Shown in pieces: positions 37,311-49,185 of a DNA stretch of 64,000 nucleotides (the first letter of the stretch is position 1; each line of letters opens with the position of its first letter). Under the pieces are notes generated by a model. It saw only the letters and a program-made list of their open reading frames with translations, did not search any database and was not told the DNA's origin. The DNA comes from Macrostomum lignano. Lineage: Eukaryota. Made by a program: the position numbers and the translations under genes. The stretch is taken from the NCBI GenBank assembly GCA_002269645.1, contig NIVC01001315.1, forward strand, positions 198,703-262,702, in the 5' to 3' direction.

Positions 37311-39346
37311 ATGGCATCGACCCTCACTACCCTGCTGCTGCTGCTGGCTCTGTCAGCCGCGGCGGTCTCTGCCCAGAGGAACTTCACCATCGTGCGGTAC
37401 CTCAACGTCACCACAACTCAAGGCCCTATCAGAGGCGCCGTGATTGAGACAAAAGGATCTGGAGACAAAAACATGGTACACATCGGTTCCTTCTTGGGCA
37501 TCAACTTCGCCAAGGTTCCCACTGGAGAGTTTCGATTTGCTCATCCCGTCTTCACTAAGTGGGACTTCGTCCAGGATGTGCTCGATTTCGACCGCAGGTG
37601 CTACCAAGACCCCGGAGCGAGCGGAGACTACCAGACCATGTCGGAGAGCTGCATCGCTGCCAACATCTGGACGCCGTACAACGGAACCTCCTCGAACCCC
37701 GGAAGCTACCCAGTGCTTGTGTGGATCCATGGAGGCCGCTTCGAGACCGGCTCCATCATCGAAGAAATCAATTCGGGCCGTGTTCTAACAGCCCACGAGT
37801 CGATCGTCACCGTGAGTCTCCAGTACCGACTTGGCGTACTCGGCTTTCTTCGACTCAGCTCTACCGTGGCGCCTGGAAACATGGGCTTGAAGGATCAGGC
37901 CTTGGGACTCGAGTTCGTGCATAAAAACATCGAGAGGTTCGGAGGAAACCTGCAGACGGTGACGCTGATGGGTCTGGACGCCGGAGCTGCAGCCGTCGGG
38001 TACCACATGCTGAACGACAATACGAAGACGTACTTCAAGCGAGCCGTCATGCTGGGCGGCTCTCCGATGGTCTTCTGGTCGGTGCGCCAAAGCACAACCG
38101 ACGTGGAGAGGCTTCACGCAAAATTCGCCAGGGAGAAGCTGAACTGCGATCCTGATCGACTCGGTCTTGATGAAGCATTGAAGTGCTTGCGAGAAGTGGG
38201 TCCCGAGGCACTGATTAATGCTCAAAAAGAGTTCATCAAGGATTTTCAAGGTATTGAGTTTCCCCCGGTGATCGACGGTGACTACATCAAGGAGGACCCG
38301 GTTGTGGCGCTGCGAGGCCTCCGATTCGAACCAAAGCAGCTAATTATTGGCTTCACAAACTCAGAGGCCGCTACTTACGTAGAGTCATCGCTTCGTGACA
38401 AGGGTTGGTCAAAGGAGGATCTTCAGGATCCCGCCAAGTACCGCAGCGTTATCGAGGACAACTTCCGCACCTACGAGCGAGAGCCGGACATCATGTCTAC
38501 CGCCGCCCGCAAGTTCATGACTGACAGATTCACCAGCTTTAGCAATCCTTCCGCTGAAGTCAACTTCCGGCGATGGCTCGATGCCGCCTCGGACCGCCTG
38601 TTCGTCTGCGCAGCCAACGAGTTCGCGGATCTTTCTACGCGGGTGACCGGTCAGGTGAGGGTTCCTTCAGTGCGCTTTTTTTTGTGTGTACATGTATACA
38701 AGGACTCCTGCAAACAATAATGATTCAGTTTCCATCCAAGTTCGCCTTGTATCAAACATCCATCTACTTATTTCAGTCGGTGGACGTCTACTTCTACGTG
38801 TTCTCCGAGCAAGACAACACACCCAACTACGTCGGCGCCTCCCATGGCTCGGACGCGTACTACTTCTTCGGAAACCCGACCGACGATGCGCCGATCGTGT
38901 CGCCTGAGCAGGCCCAGCTGTCCGTCCGCATGATGGACTACCTGTCCAGGTTCGTGGCTACCGGGGACCCGGTGCCCAGGGACAACGACAGGGTCTGGGC
39001 CAAGTTCAACATCAGCCAGAAGTACTACCACAACTTCACCGCCGATTCAAGCGCCGGTTACAACATCAAATACGGTTTTCACCGCGATGACTGCGGCTTC
39101 TGGGACAAGACGCTGAAGTACGTCAACAGTCTCCAGTCAACGGCGCTAGCCCCAGCACCAGAGGATGTCCCGAAGGTCCGCGTAGTCCGAGACGTTCACA
39201 CTAACCTGACCTTAAATGAAGCGGGGATCTGCGATAATGTCGTGAACGCCACCACCCTGGCCATCATGATCCCCCTGCTCATCAGCAATGTTGCCCTGCT
39301 GGGCGCGCTGGTGTGGCTCCTGATCAAGTACAACTCGCTGGGCTGA
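37311..39346 (+). CDS. Cholinesterase-like type I membrane protein B, catalytic Ser replaced (about 637 aa)
   Basis: Exons 37311-38654 and 38777-39346. Same intron position (after codon 448) and same motifs as paralog A, including GLDAG. TM helix LAIMIPLLISNVALLGALVWLLI; tail KYNSLG. Confidence 0.9.
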
Positions 39347-40551
39347 GCTGGCGGTTTGAGCAGTCGAAACTGAGCGGATTTGACTTTCTAACTAACAATG
39401 TAGAGTGCACTGCACGAGCTCGTTCTTAGATTTATACATTTATTTATATATCTATACATATCGGTTTCAAACAAGGCTATTTGAGACGCGCTTAATAGGT
39501 AAACTAATTCGAGAAATTGATAATCTGTTTTTTTTCCAACGACCAACTCTTCAATGTTCCAACCAAACAAATAAATTTTATAAATTTTATATTTCCGTTT
39601 CTTAGTGAGGTGGTTTTTTAGTGAGTAAAATTACCAACAAAGACTGGTCCTTGTGTCAAGTTTCACTTCTTCTGTAGCACTTCATCTCTACATTTTTTAA
39701 TCCCTAGTCTAATGGGACCACGTTTAGTGACACCTTTGCTTTGCCTGCAGTTTTGAGCATTCATATATGGCAGCAAGCACAACTCTAAAGACTTCGCTAA
39801 GGTTAGCCAAGACAGCAACCATTGACAACACCAGCCATCAGGCAGGTTCGATCAGAGAGAAAAGCGCAGCGCCTCCACGGGGGCAAGTAGCGGTTGCCAG
39901 TAGCAACCGGTGGCAACAAAACTCTCTCTGGGGTGGCCTGTCGCTTATCTTAAGGGAATTTCAAGCGGTCCAAATCTCAAGTGGCGCGCACTGACATGCT
40001 TAAGAATACTTTTTTGCCCCCCTCACGCATCTTGCAGATAAGCGGAGCCGCAGCTGATGCCCCAGCTGGCACCACTCGGCTCGGAGCCGCCTTCGGGTCA
40101 GGCCGCGCCACCCCCCCCCCTATCAGCTCCTCCGACAGTAGAGAGAATTTTCTCTCTCGCCGTCTGCATTTGAAACTTTCTGCCGCTGCTTCGATAGGGC
40201 GCATTACTTTTAGAGGCCATCAGCCGTTATCTCGGTTCACTGTTCAATATTTTTCAAGTTTCACCTGCCCGCAGGTTGCTGCAGAAGTGGTTTTATCTTC
40301 TACAGAGTTTCATATCAGCGGGTCTACAGCAGTCAGCTATTGCAATTTGATCTTGACATTCTAGATTCAACCAGATTTTACTGCTCAAAATTTTTATCAA
40401 CACTTTTGTTGGCGAGTCTAAGTTTTCTCTTAGACATGAACTTTTAAAACTTGGATACGCAGTGGTGGCAAAAGTCAGCAAACAATCCTGTTTTGATTCG
40501 AGGAGCATGCAGGCTGATCCCAGACCATCTCTCCTCATCTAAGGTCAAACT

Positions 40552-41072
40552 TTGACACATCCCAACTCTGACACATCCCAACTCTGGCACATCCCAACTC
40601 TGGCATATCCCAACTCTGACACATCCCAACTCTGACACATCCCAACTCTGACACATCACAACTCTGACACATCCCAACTCTGACACATCCCAACTCTGAC
40701 ACATCACAACTCTGACACATCCCAACTCTGACACATCCCAACTCTGACACATCCCAACTCTGACACATCCCAACTCTGACACATCCCAACTCTGACACAT
40801 CCCAACTCTAGCACATCCCAACTCTGACACATCCCAACTCTGACACATCACAACTCTGACACATCACAACTCTGACACATCCCAACTCTGACACATCCCA
40901 ACTCTGACACATCCCAACTCTGACACATCCCAAGTCTGACACATCCCAACTCTGACACATCCCAACTCTGACACATCCCAACTCTGACACATCCCAACTC
41001 TGACACATCCCAACTCTGACGCATCCCAACTCTGACACATCCCAACTCTGACGCATCCCAACTCTGACACAT
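40552..41072. repeat. 16-bp minisatellite
   Basis: Unit cacatcccaactctga, about 32 copies. Confidence 0.95.
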
Positions 41073-41767
41073 TACTTTATTTCTTTTCCCCACCAAAATT
41101 CAAAATTCGGTGTGTCACTAAAAGCTGAAAGTTACTACTGCAGCTGGTTCTGGAGCAGTAGTGCGAATTGAGTCCACCTCGCTGTCTTCAATATTCAGCC
41201 TGGGAGGCGCCTCACCTCCATGCATCCCGAATTACGCAACGGAGTTGAGCAGTGTAGCAGAACCTCAATGCCAGGTGTGCGGGAGCAGCCTGAGCGGCCA
41301 TAAAGGCAGAAGTCACCTCCGCTCTCACTCAGGTGGCGCCAAAGCTCGGCACCCATGTTGAGCATGACTCACTGGGCCTTTGCTATGAGATTTTCGTGAG
41401 GTCGCCTTTGATAAACTACACGGCAGGTTCTGGTAATTGGAGTCGGGGCCGCCGCTTGTCTCCTCCCCCCTTTGTCCTCGGCTGATCCCCGCAAATCGTC
41501 CGAGGCCCCCCAGCCCCGCCTCTGTGGGCAGCGGAGAATCTTGGAGGATCGGCGGGCAGGAAATTCCCTGTGCAACGGAGTCGCGTGCGGGCAATAAAGG
41601 GGAAAATCTGCGGGGATCACAAAGGTGGGAGGAGACCAAGAGGAGAAGGGGTGGGGCAGAGGAGAGCCGGATCGGAGGAAGAGGCTATGGGGATAAAAAG
41701 GCAGTTCAGGTGCTCCATTTCTGCTTGTCATGCGTGGCTGCGGCACGTGAGGCTAGAGATGGACTGT

Positions 41768-42027
41768 TGAGTGAGTGAGTGAGTGAGTGAGTGAGTGAGT
41801 GAGTGAGTGAGTGAGTGAGTGAGTGAGTGAGTGAGTGAGTGAGTGAGTGAGTGAGTGAGTGAGTGAGTGAGTGAGTGAGTGAGTGTGTGAGTGAGTGAGT
41901 GAGTGAGTGAGTGAGTGAGTGAGTGAGTGAGTGAGTGAGTGAGTGAGTGAGTGAGTGAGTGAGTGAGTGAGTGAGTGAGTGAGTGAGTGAGTGAGTGAGT
42001 GAGTGTGTGAGTGAGTGAGTGAGTGAG
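41768..42027. repeat. (GAGT)n microsatellite
   Basis: About 65 tetranucleotide copies. Confidence 0.95.
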
Positions 42028-43772
42028 AAGGCAGCAATTAGATTGGCAGTGAGGAATTAAATAACCAGCCAGCTGCTGAGTGCAGCTTCATCATCATAAT
42101 CCATCAATAGCCTGGACTATGCCTGGCGCAATGCCTCCACTCTGAAATTGCATTTTTCGTATTTATGCGAAATATTCGAGTATTCGAGCTCGCCGAGCAG
42201 TCGAACCTATCGCCGTCGAATAGCGCTCAGAAAATGAGATGCCGAGGCGGAGAGTCGATGGATGACGCAATCAGGGGGGGGGCGATGCTGCGCAGCCTGC
42301 GGGGACTTTGGCGGCGCTGTAATTGGATTTGGCGCAGCCCGAACCCTGCGGCTACTTGAGCTGGGAAATAATTCCCCCCGCCAGCCCGCTCGCTCGAGAC
42401 GCAGACGGACAGCCAAACTCTGCGATGCGGAGTGTGAGACCATCTGACAGCATCTGACAGCGGAACCTGCCGCCTCCGTGGGGAACTTGGCGATTGGTTT
42501 TGACGCGGGAAATCGGCTGAGGCGTCGCGGCGCCGGTAATGCGCGCCCGGGCAGGAAATGAATGGGAAAGCTGGCTGGTGACAAGGACAAAGACACAAGA
42601 ACCTGGACAAAGACTGATTGGAAGATTGCGGCTGGCTTCCCCGCCCCTTTCCTTGCCTTCCCCCCCCCGGGTCACGGAAGCCGCAACTCCGTTGTCTGGG
42701 TGAAATTGGATTCAACCCGGCATTCGGGAGAGCTGAGAGATGAGGCGCGGGTCGGCCGTGACTCACCGGGCCGGGTGAGACAATCGGCAGTCCGTCAGCG
42801 CCAGCGAAATTGAATTCGGCGTGAAATCGGCCGCCCTCATCAGCTTATCAGCCCGGCAGGCCGCAGAAGTGCGCCGAGGCCGCCCCGCCGAAATTCGATC
42901 AGTCCAGCGCGCGAGGTCGCCAGCGAACTGAAAAAGCGGCGGCGCGGGGACACTTAAAAGGTCTGTGACCCTCCCCGACCCCTCCCGACCCCCTCACTGC
43001 AGAATGGTTCAGAGCTTTTATTCAACTAAATTCTCGCCGAAAGTTCGAGAGCTCAAAGAGGGGTCGGGTGAGGCGAGAAAATCTATCGAGTGCCGGGGCT
43101 CAGGCAGGCAGCCTGAGAGCTGAGAGAAAAAGCCTGATTTTCCTAGAAACTGTCAATCAAAGCGCCGGCATTCGCTCACAGGCCAGCTTTGAGCCGGGCA
43201 AAGGAAGTGAAAATGCAAAGCCGGGGTGCCTTCTTCATCAGGGCAGCTCGGGACACAGCGCGAAAGACTGAAAGTCACAAGAGCCCGGCTGCTCAAAGTC
43301 AAGACCTTCAGCCCCTTCCCGGTGCTCAAGGCGGCCCGAATCCCGGGGATTTTTGCTCAGTTCTCAAGATTCTTCGCGGCCTTCTAGGTGCGCGAAAGAA
43401 ACTCGAATTGATGAAGCTGGCTGCCACGGAGGCTAGGGGGGGGGGGCTCAAACCTGCTAATTGTCGGGCGGGAAGAAAGCGGAGGGGATCAAACATCGAA
43501 AGTGGGAGAATAAGGGGAGCTGCACTGCATGGGGGCGGTTCGGTTCTCGCCTGGAGTCGGGAAAGTAAAATGATGGGGCTGCGGTTGCATAACCGGCCCT
43601 TCTGGCCCCCCCCTCAGTAGCCGCATTTTCGAGTGCCCCCCTCCAGCCCCGATGACTGGCCGGCCCACTTGAGTCGGGAGTGACTTGCGCCAGGGAGATC
43701 CGGGATGCAGAACTGGGTTGGAAGCTCCTACATTTACCTTAGGACTCATGCATATTTCTGGAAACTTCAGTT

Positions 43773-44110
43773 TTTGGGCCAGCCTCCCAGATCCTCAGCT
43801 GCTGGGCCAGCCTCCCAGATCCTCAGTAGCTGGGCCGGCCTCCCAGATCCTCAGCTGCTGGGCCGGCCTCCCAGATCCTCAGTTGTTAGACCAGCCTCCC
43901 AGAACCTCAGTAGCTGGGCCGGCCTCCCAGATCCTCAGCTGCTGGGCCGGCCTCCCAGATCCTCAGTTGTTAGACCAGCCTCCCAGAACCTCAGTAGCTG
44001 GGCCGGCCTCCCAGATCCTCAGCTGCTGGGCCGGCCTCCCAGATCCTCAGCTGCTGGGCCGGCCTCCCAGATCCTCAGTTGCTGTACCAGCCTCCCAGAT
44101 ACTCAGTTGT
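43773..44110. repeat. 28-bp-family minisatellite (same family as 27278-27855)
   Basis: Core gggcc(a/g)gcctcccagatcctcag(c/t)tgct. Confidence 0.9.
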
Positions 44111-44573
44111 TACCGACAAGCTTCAAGCTTTTCACAAGCAAACAAGCTTCAGTCCTACTTATTGAAAAGTCACGTTTTACTTGTCATTATTTGTCAGGCC
44201 AGTAAAAGTAGCAAATTGATGGGTTTAAAATTGCATTGATTTAGCCCGGCCGAACTCGATCCCATCCCAATATCGCACTGGAGTGGCGCTCCAGACTTAA
44301 GATCTGGAACTCCTGGAGAGAAGCTGGAAAGAATAATGGGCTACGGCTGGAGTGGGAAAATATCCCTTCTCCAAATTTTAAAGCCCCTTACAACCCCGTG
44401 AGTGGGTGAGAATGAGAGGCAGCAAATGGGAGCTGCCGCCCTCCCCCCAGGCCCTCCTCATTGCCGAGGAAACCCCGAGAAAAAAATATCGCTCGCTTAG
44501 GCAGGACCGGCGCCCAGTCAGACGGAGCAAAATCTCCTGTCCCCCGCCTTGCTCCTAGAAGCACACTGGCAAG

Positions 44574-45263
44574 ATGGCTCCGTTGGAGTTCCTCCCGCTA
44601 CTCCTGACCATCCTCCTCTGCGCCCGCGCTGCCGCCGGTTCCAGCGACCGGAGCTCCTTTGACGACGCGTCCGCCTGCGCCCAGCGACCGCCTCCGCGCC
44701 GCAGCCTGACGGAGCGCGTGGGAGGGAAAGTCGTGCGCCAGGAGGTCGAGTTGCGACAGACGGCGGTGCACGGCTGCGTGTGGGCGCTGCCGGGGGGCAA
44801 CCGCACCGACTACACCTTGGCGGGCCGCTGCCTGCGCGTCAGCGCCACCATCAGCGTCAGCGAGGAGGACGGCGCCGGCGGCTTTTGGAGGTCGCGCGCA
44901 GTGGCGCCGGCCGACGCCGAGCCGGCGGACCCGCGCCTGACCGGCAAGTGCCGCCTCCGCCGCTCCGTGGACTGCCGTCTGCACCCGGTGGCCTTCTGGG
45001 ACCCGCGGCTGCCCTGCGACGAGGCGGCGGCCCTCCGCTGCGCGCAGCTGCCGCGGCTTCACTGGCGCCTGCTGGCGGGCCGCAACGTCAGCCAGACGCT
45101 GATCAGCCTGGTGACTTCGGGGCTGCGCGCCAGAGACGGTGCCGCCTGCGAGTGGGCGCTGCTGGGCGGCTGGGCCGGCGACTTCACTCGCTGGTGGGCA
45201 GCGCCGAGCAGCCGTGCGCGCGGTGCCGCGGCGGCGGCGGCGGCGGCATCGCTGACTGCGTAG
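44574..45263 (+). CDS. Orphan secreted Cys-containing protein (229 aa ORF; true C-terminus uncertain)
   Basis: aagATGg start, signal peptide MAPLEFLPLLLTILLCARAAA, gene-like GC3 bias, several Cys and two N-glycosylation sequons (NRT, NVS). No family recognised. Confidence 0.55.
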   Translation: MAPLEFLPLLLTILLCARAAAGSSDRSSFDDASACAQRPPPRRSLTERVGGKVVRQEVELRQTAVHGCVWALPGGNRTDYTLAGRCLRVSATISVSEEDGAGGFWRSRAVAPADAEPADPRLTGKCRLRRSVDCRLHPVAFWDPRLPCDEAAALRCAQLPRLHWRLLAGRNVSQTLISLVTSGLRARDGAACEWALLGGWAGDFTRWWAAPSSRARGAAAAAAAASLTA

Positions 45264-45637
45264 CTCCAACGTCGCCGCCTTCGCCACCGCGGATGGGCTG
45301 CGCGGCGCGGCTTGGACCCGACTGCCGCCTGCACCTCACCGCCGCTGACGACCCCGAAGCCGCCTGCCGCCGCTCAAGCCAGCAGCCGCTTCCAGCGTCG
45401 TCGGCGAAGGCGCCAGCAGGGGCAGCGGAGGCGGCGGCAACGGCGGCGACTCCACCGTGGAAGTTGCGGCGACTTCGGCGCTCTTAAGTGCCGTGCTGGC
45501 TGGCTCGTTAGCCGCCAACCTGCGGGCTCTCTGATGAGGGACCAGCCTCTCGGCCTTTTGGCCTTTCAGCTGCTGCTGCTCGGAACTTGGAGACTTCTTT
45601 CGCGTGCTGCCTGCTGCAGCTGATTGATTCCACTGGG

Positions 45638-45950
45638 TGAATGTTCACCCGCGTGTATACAGGTTCTATCTGAATGTTCACCCTCATCCATACAGACTCT
45701 ATCTGAATGTTCACCCGCATGTATACAGACTCTATCTGAATGTTCACCCGCATGCATACAGACTCTATCTGAATGTTCACCCGCACGTATACAGACTCTA
45801 TCTGAATGTTCACCCGCATGTATACAGACTCTGTCTGAATGTTCACCCGCATGCATACAGACTCTATCTGAATGTTCACCCGCATGCATACAGACTCTGT
45901 CTGAATGTTCACCCGCATGCATACAGACTCTGTCTGAATGTTCACCCGCG
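45638..45950. repeat. 33-bp minisatellite
   Basis: Unit ctgaatgttcacccgcatgcatacagactctat, about 9-10 copies. Confidence 0.95.
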
Positions 45951-47504
45951 TACGTAGCCATGTACATCCGAAACCCACTGATCCACAATACCAGGTATTT
46001 ATGCACGTTTTTCTGTCTCAGCAATTCATATTTATGCTGATTGCAAGCTCTGTCTGCTCACTGCGCTTCAACCTGTATTCGAATACCTCATGGCACCCGC
46101 AGCACTTCAAGATCCCGGACATCGCAGCTCTTGCTTAAATCATGCCTAAACTGCAGCTGTGTACCGAATCCTCGCACAATAAATTTGTTAATTACAAAAT
46201 AGGCAGAATTTCTTCATTTCACTTTATTTGAGTCGATGAGACCATCCCCAGGAAATCCGACTCAAATTACCGGCTCAAAGATAAACGGCCACTTTAGCAG
46301 CGTGGATCTGCAAATCTGGGCTAAGCGTCGAGCTGAGGAGAAAAATTTGAGTCAACAAAAAATCTATGAATGACGTAAGCGTCTCAGCCGGTGGTCTTGG
46401 CTGAGCCGAACTGGCAGAAATCTGTCAAGTTTTTTTTGCGAAAAATTTGAGCTGCGCGTCCCCGCGGCTTAGGAAGGCCGGATGCTCGGGTTTTCAATCT
46501 CTAATTTCTCCCCACACGCAGCTCTTCCAGCTTTCACGCTCCGGTGGAGGGGGTGGATGGAGTCTGCTCGGTGCCCCAGTGGCAGTGTCCTAACGGCCGT
46601 GAAATCCTATATATTATACTCCATATTTGAGGCGCTTGGCAAACCTTGGCTGGCCGCGATATGAACTGCGAGTTCTGTCAACACCGTCTGGCACCTTCTT
46701 CTTTCTCCTCTTCAGTCAATTTGGTTTCCCGGCGCGCAAGCAGCGATCCAGCGCTGCATTCCTTGATGTCACTAACTGCATGTGACTGCCATGTCAGTTA
46801 GACTATTTTGGTCAAATATTCCTATTTCGTTTTTACTCTACCTGCAGTTTAACCAACTTATCGATGTTATTATTATTTTACCTTTCCTTATCAGCTAAAA
46901 TTGATGCCTCAAGGCTTACGGGGGGAATTGCTGATATGGCAAGGCTTGGGGGCATTGCTAAGACACAAAGGCTGAGGTCAGAAGCACATGTACGAGTACA
47001 TTCTTTGTTTGCTTCCCAACGGGGGGAGTAGATTACTAGACTATATACTAAAATCGTTTATCGGTAGGTAGGTAGGTAGGTAGGTGTGTGTGTGATCGAT
47101 TTTAGAAATATAAATCAACTAAAATTGATGCTTGCTTCCACCTATAATTACTACTGGTAATAGCATGTTAGTAGGCAAAAACGCATGTAACTTTATAAAA
47201 TTCCAGATGCCGCAAAAAATTCGCTAAAAATCCGTTCTCAAAATCAGATAAGAACTTGCTGCCATGCAGTTTTGGAATCGCCAGGCGCTGGGGGGAATTC
47301 TAACGGAGCAGCGCAACTCTCAGCTGTCTTATCATTTAGAGGCCCGGCTTTCCAGCGACTGCGGCTTCTTCTACAGTCAGGGGTTCGGCCTCCATGCATG
47401 CAAACATGCAAACATGCAATGAACCCTATATAACTGGCTAACGGGTTCTTTGCAACTTCACAATCTGGCCTGCTAATGGTTTATGTCTTCTCTCTTCTCT
47501 CCTC

Positions 47505-48355
47505 TCATCTCCCCCCCATTTCTCTTCTCCCCTCATTTCTCCTCCCCCCTCATCTCCCCTCTTTTCATCTCTACTCTTTAATTATCTATCCTCTCCTCTC
47601 ATCTCCCCTCTCCCCTCTTCTCTCCACTCCCCTGATCTCCCCTCTCCCCTCATCTCTCCTCTCCCCTCATCTCTCCTCTCCCCTCATCTCTCCTCTCCTC
47701 ATCTCTCCTCTCCCCTCATCTCTCCTCTCCCCTCATCTCTCCTCTCCCCTCCTCTCTCCTCTCCTCATCTCTCCTCTCCCCTCATCTCTCCTGTCCCTTC
47801 GTCTCTCCTCTCTAATCATCTATCCTCTCATCTCATCTCTCCCAACTCCAATCATCTCTGCTCACTCCCACAATTTCTCCTCTCTCTCTCCTCTCTCCTC
47901 TCCCCTCATCTCTCCTCTCCCTTCATCTCTCCTCTCCCCTCTTCTCTCCCCTCCTCCCTCCTCTCCTCATCTCTCCTCTCCTCATCTCTCCTCTGTCCTC
48001 TCCCCTCATCTCTCCTGTCCCTTCATCTCTCCTCTCTAATCATCTATCCTCTCATCTCATCTCTCCCAACTCCAATCATCTCTTCTCACTCCCATAATTT
48101 CTCCTCTCTCTCCCTTCTCTCCTTTCTCGTCTTATCTATCCTCTCTCCCCTAATCTCTTTTCTCTCCCCTCATCTCTCCTCTCCCCTCCTCTCTCCTCTC
48201 CCCTCGTCTCTCCTCTCCCCTCATCTCTCCTCTCCCCTCCTCTCCTCTCCCCTCCTCTCTCCGCTCCTCATCTCTCCTCTCCCCTCATCTCTCCTCTCCC
48301 CTCTTCTCTCCTGTTCTTTCCTCTTCTCTCTCCTCCATTCCTTCTCCTTTCCTCT
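47505..48355. repeat. Polypyrimidine low-complexity tract
   Basis: Recurrent ctctcctctcccctcat. Confidence 0.9.
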
Positions 48356-48754
48356 CTCATCTGGCTCGCAGTCATGAGCTGGATTCTTTATCTGGCCCTT
48401 AATAAGGCCCTTAATGTAAGTTTGCCGACCCCTTTTCTAATCAAATGCGAATCCAGTCTGTGAGGACCAGCTGGACTTTGGCCGTTAAAATTATTTGACA
48501 ATATTTTCAACGGTTCTCTGCGGAGAAATTCTGCACGAAGAGTTGCCGCAAACGGAAAGTACTGGGCGGTAAAGTTTTTCTTTCTCAATTTGACTTTAGC
48601 AGTTTTGCAAAGAACTGTGGGTTGAATGCCAGTACACACAGTCTGAAAAGCAAAGAATCGTGTCTTATCTACAGGGCAAGCAGGGGTTGCAGACCCTGAA
48701 GCTTCAGGTTGAGTAAGATTAGGAGATAGTACCCCTGAGAAGGGTTTTGGACCC

Positions 48755-49185
48755 CTGAAAGCTTCAGGTGAGTAAAAGCTGAAGTCCTAAAGCTTCAGGT
48801 GAGTAAAAGCTGAAGTCCTAAAGCTTCAGGTGAGTAAAAGCTGAAGTCCTAAAGCTTCAGGTGAGTAAAAGCTGAAGTCCTAAAGCTTCAGGTGAGTAAA
48901 AGCTGAAGTCCTAAAGCTTCAGGGTGAACAGCAGTTGATTCCCTTAAAGCTTCAGGGTGAACAGCAGTTGATTCCCTTGAAGCTTCAGGGTGAACAGCAG
49001 TTGATTCCCTTGAAGCTTCAGGGTGAACAGCAGTTGATTCCCTTAAAGCTTAAGGGTGAACAGCAGTTGATTCCCTTGAAGCTTCGGGTGAACAGCAGTT
49101 GATTCCCTTAAAGCTTCGGGTGAACAGCAGTTGATCCCCTTAAAGCTTCAGGGTGAACAGCAGTTGATTCAAAGCTTCAGGGTAA
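48755..49185. repeat. Compound 31-bp then 33-bp minisatellite upstream of MTHFR
   Basis: gcttcaggtgagtaaaagctgaagtcctaaa x5, then gcttcagggtgaacagcagttgattcccttaaa x8. Confidence 0.95.

Noticed and set aside
41245-41335. C2H2-like CQVCG...HLRSH
   Set aside because: Single motif with non-standard spacing in a 66-aa ORF, with no linked fingers or RT; could be a retroelement remnant or chance.
42150-43700. GC-rich region with many short overlapping ORFs
   Set aside because: No consistent codon bias, domain or terminal repeats recognised.
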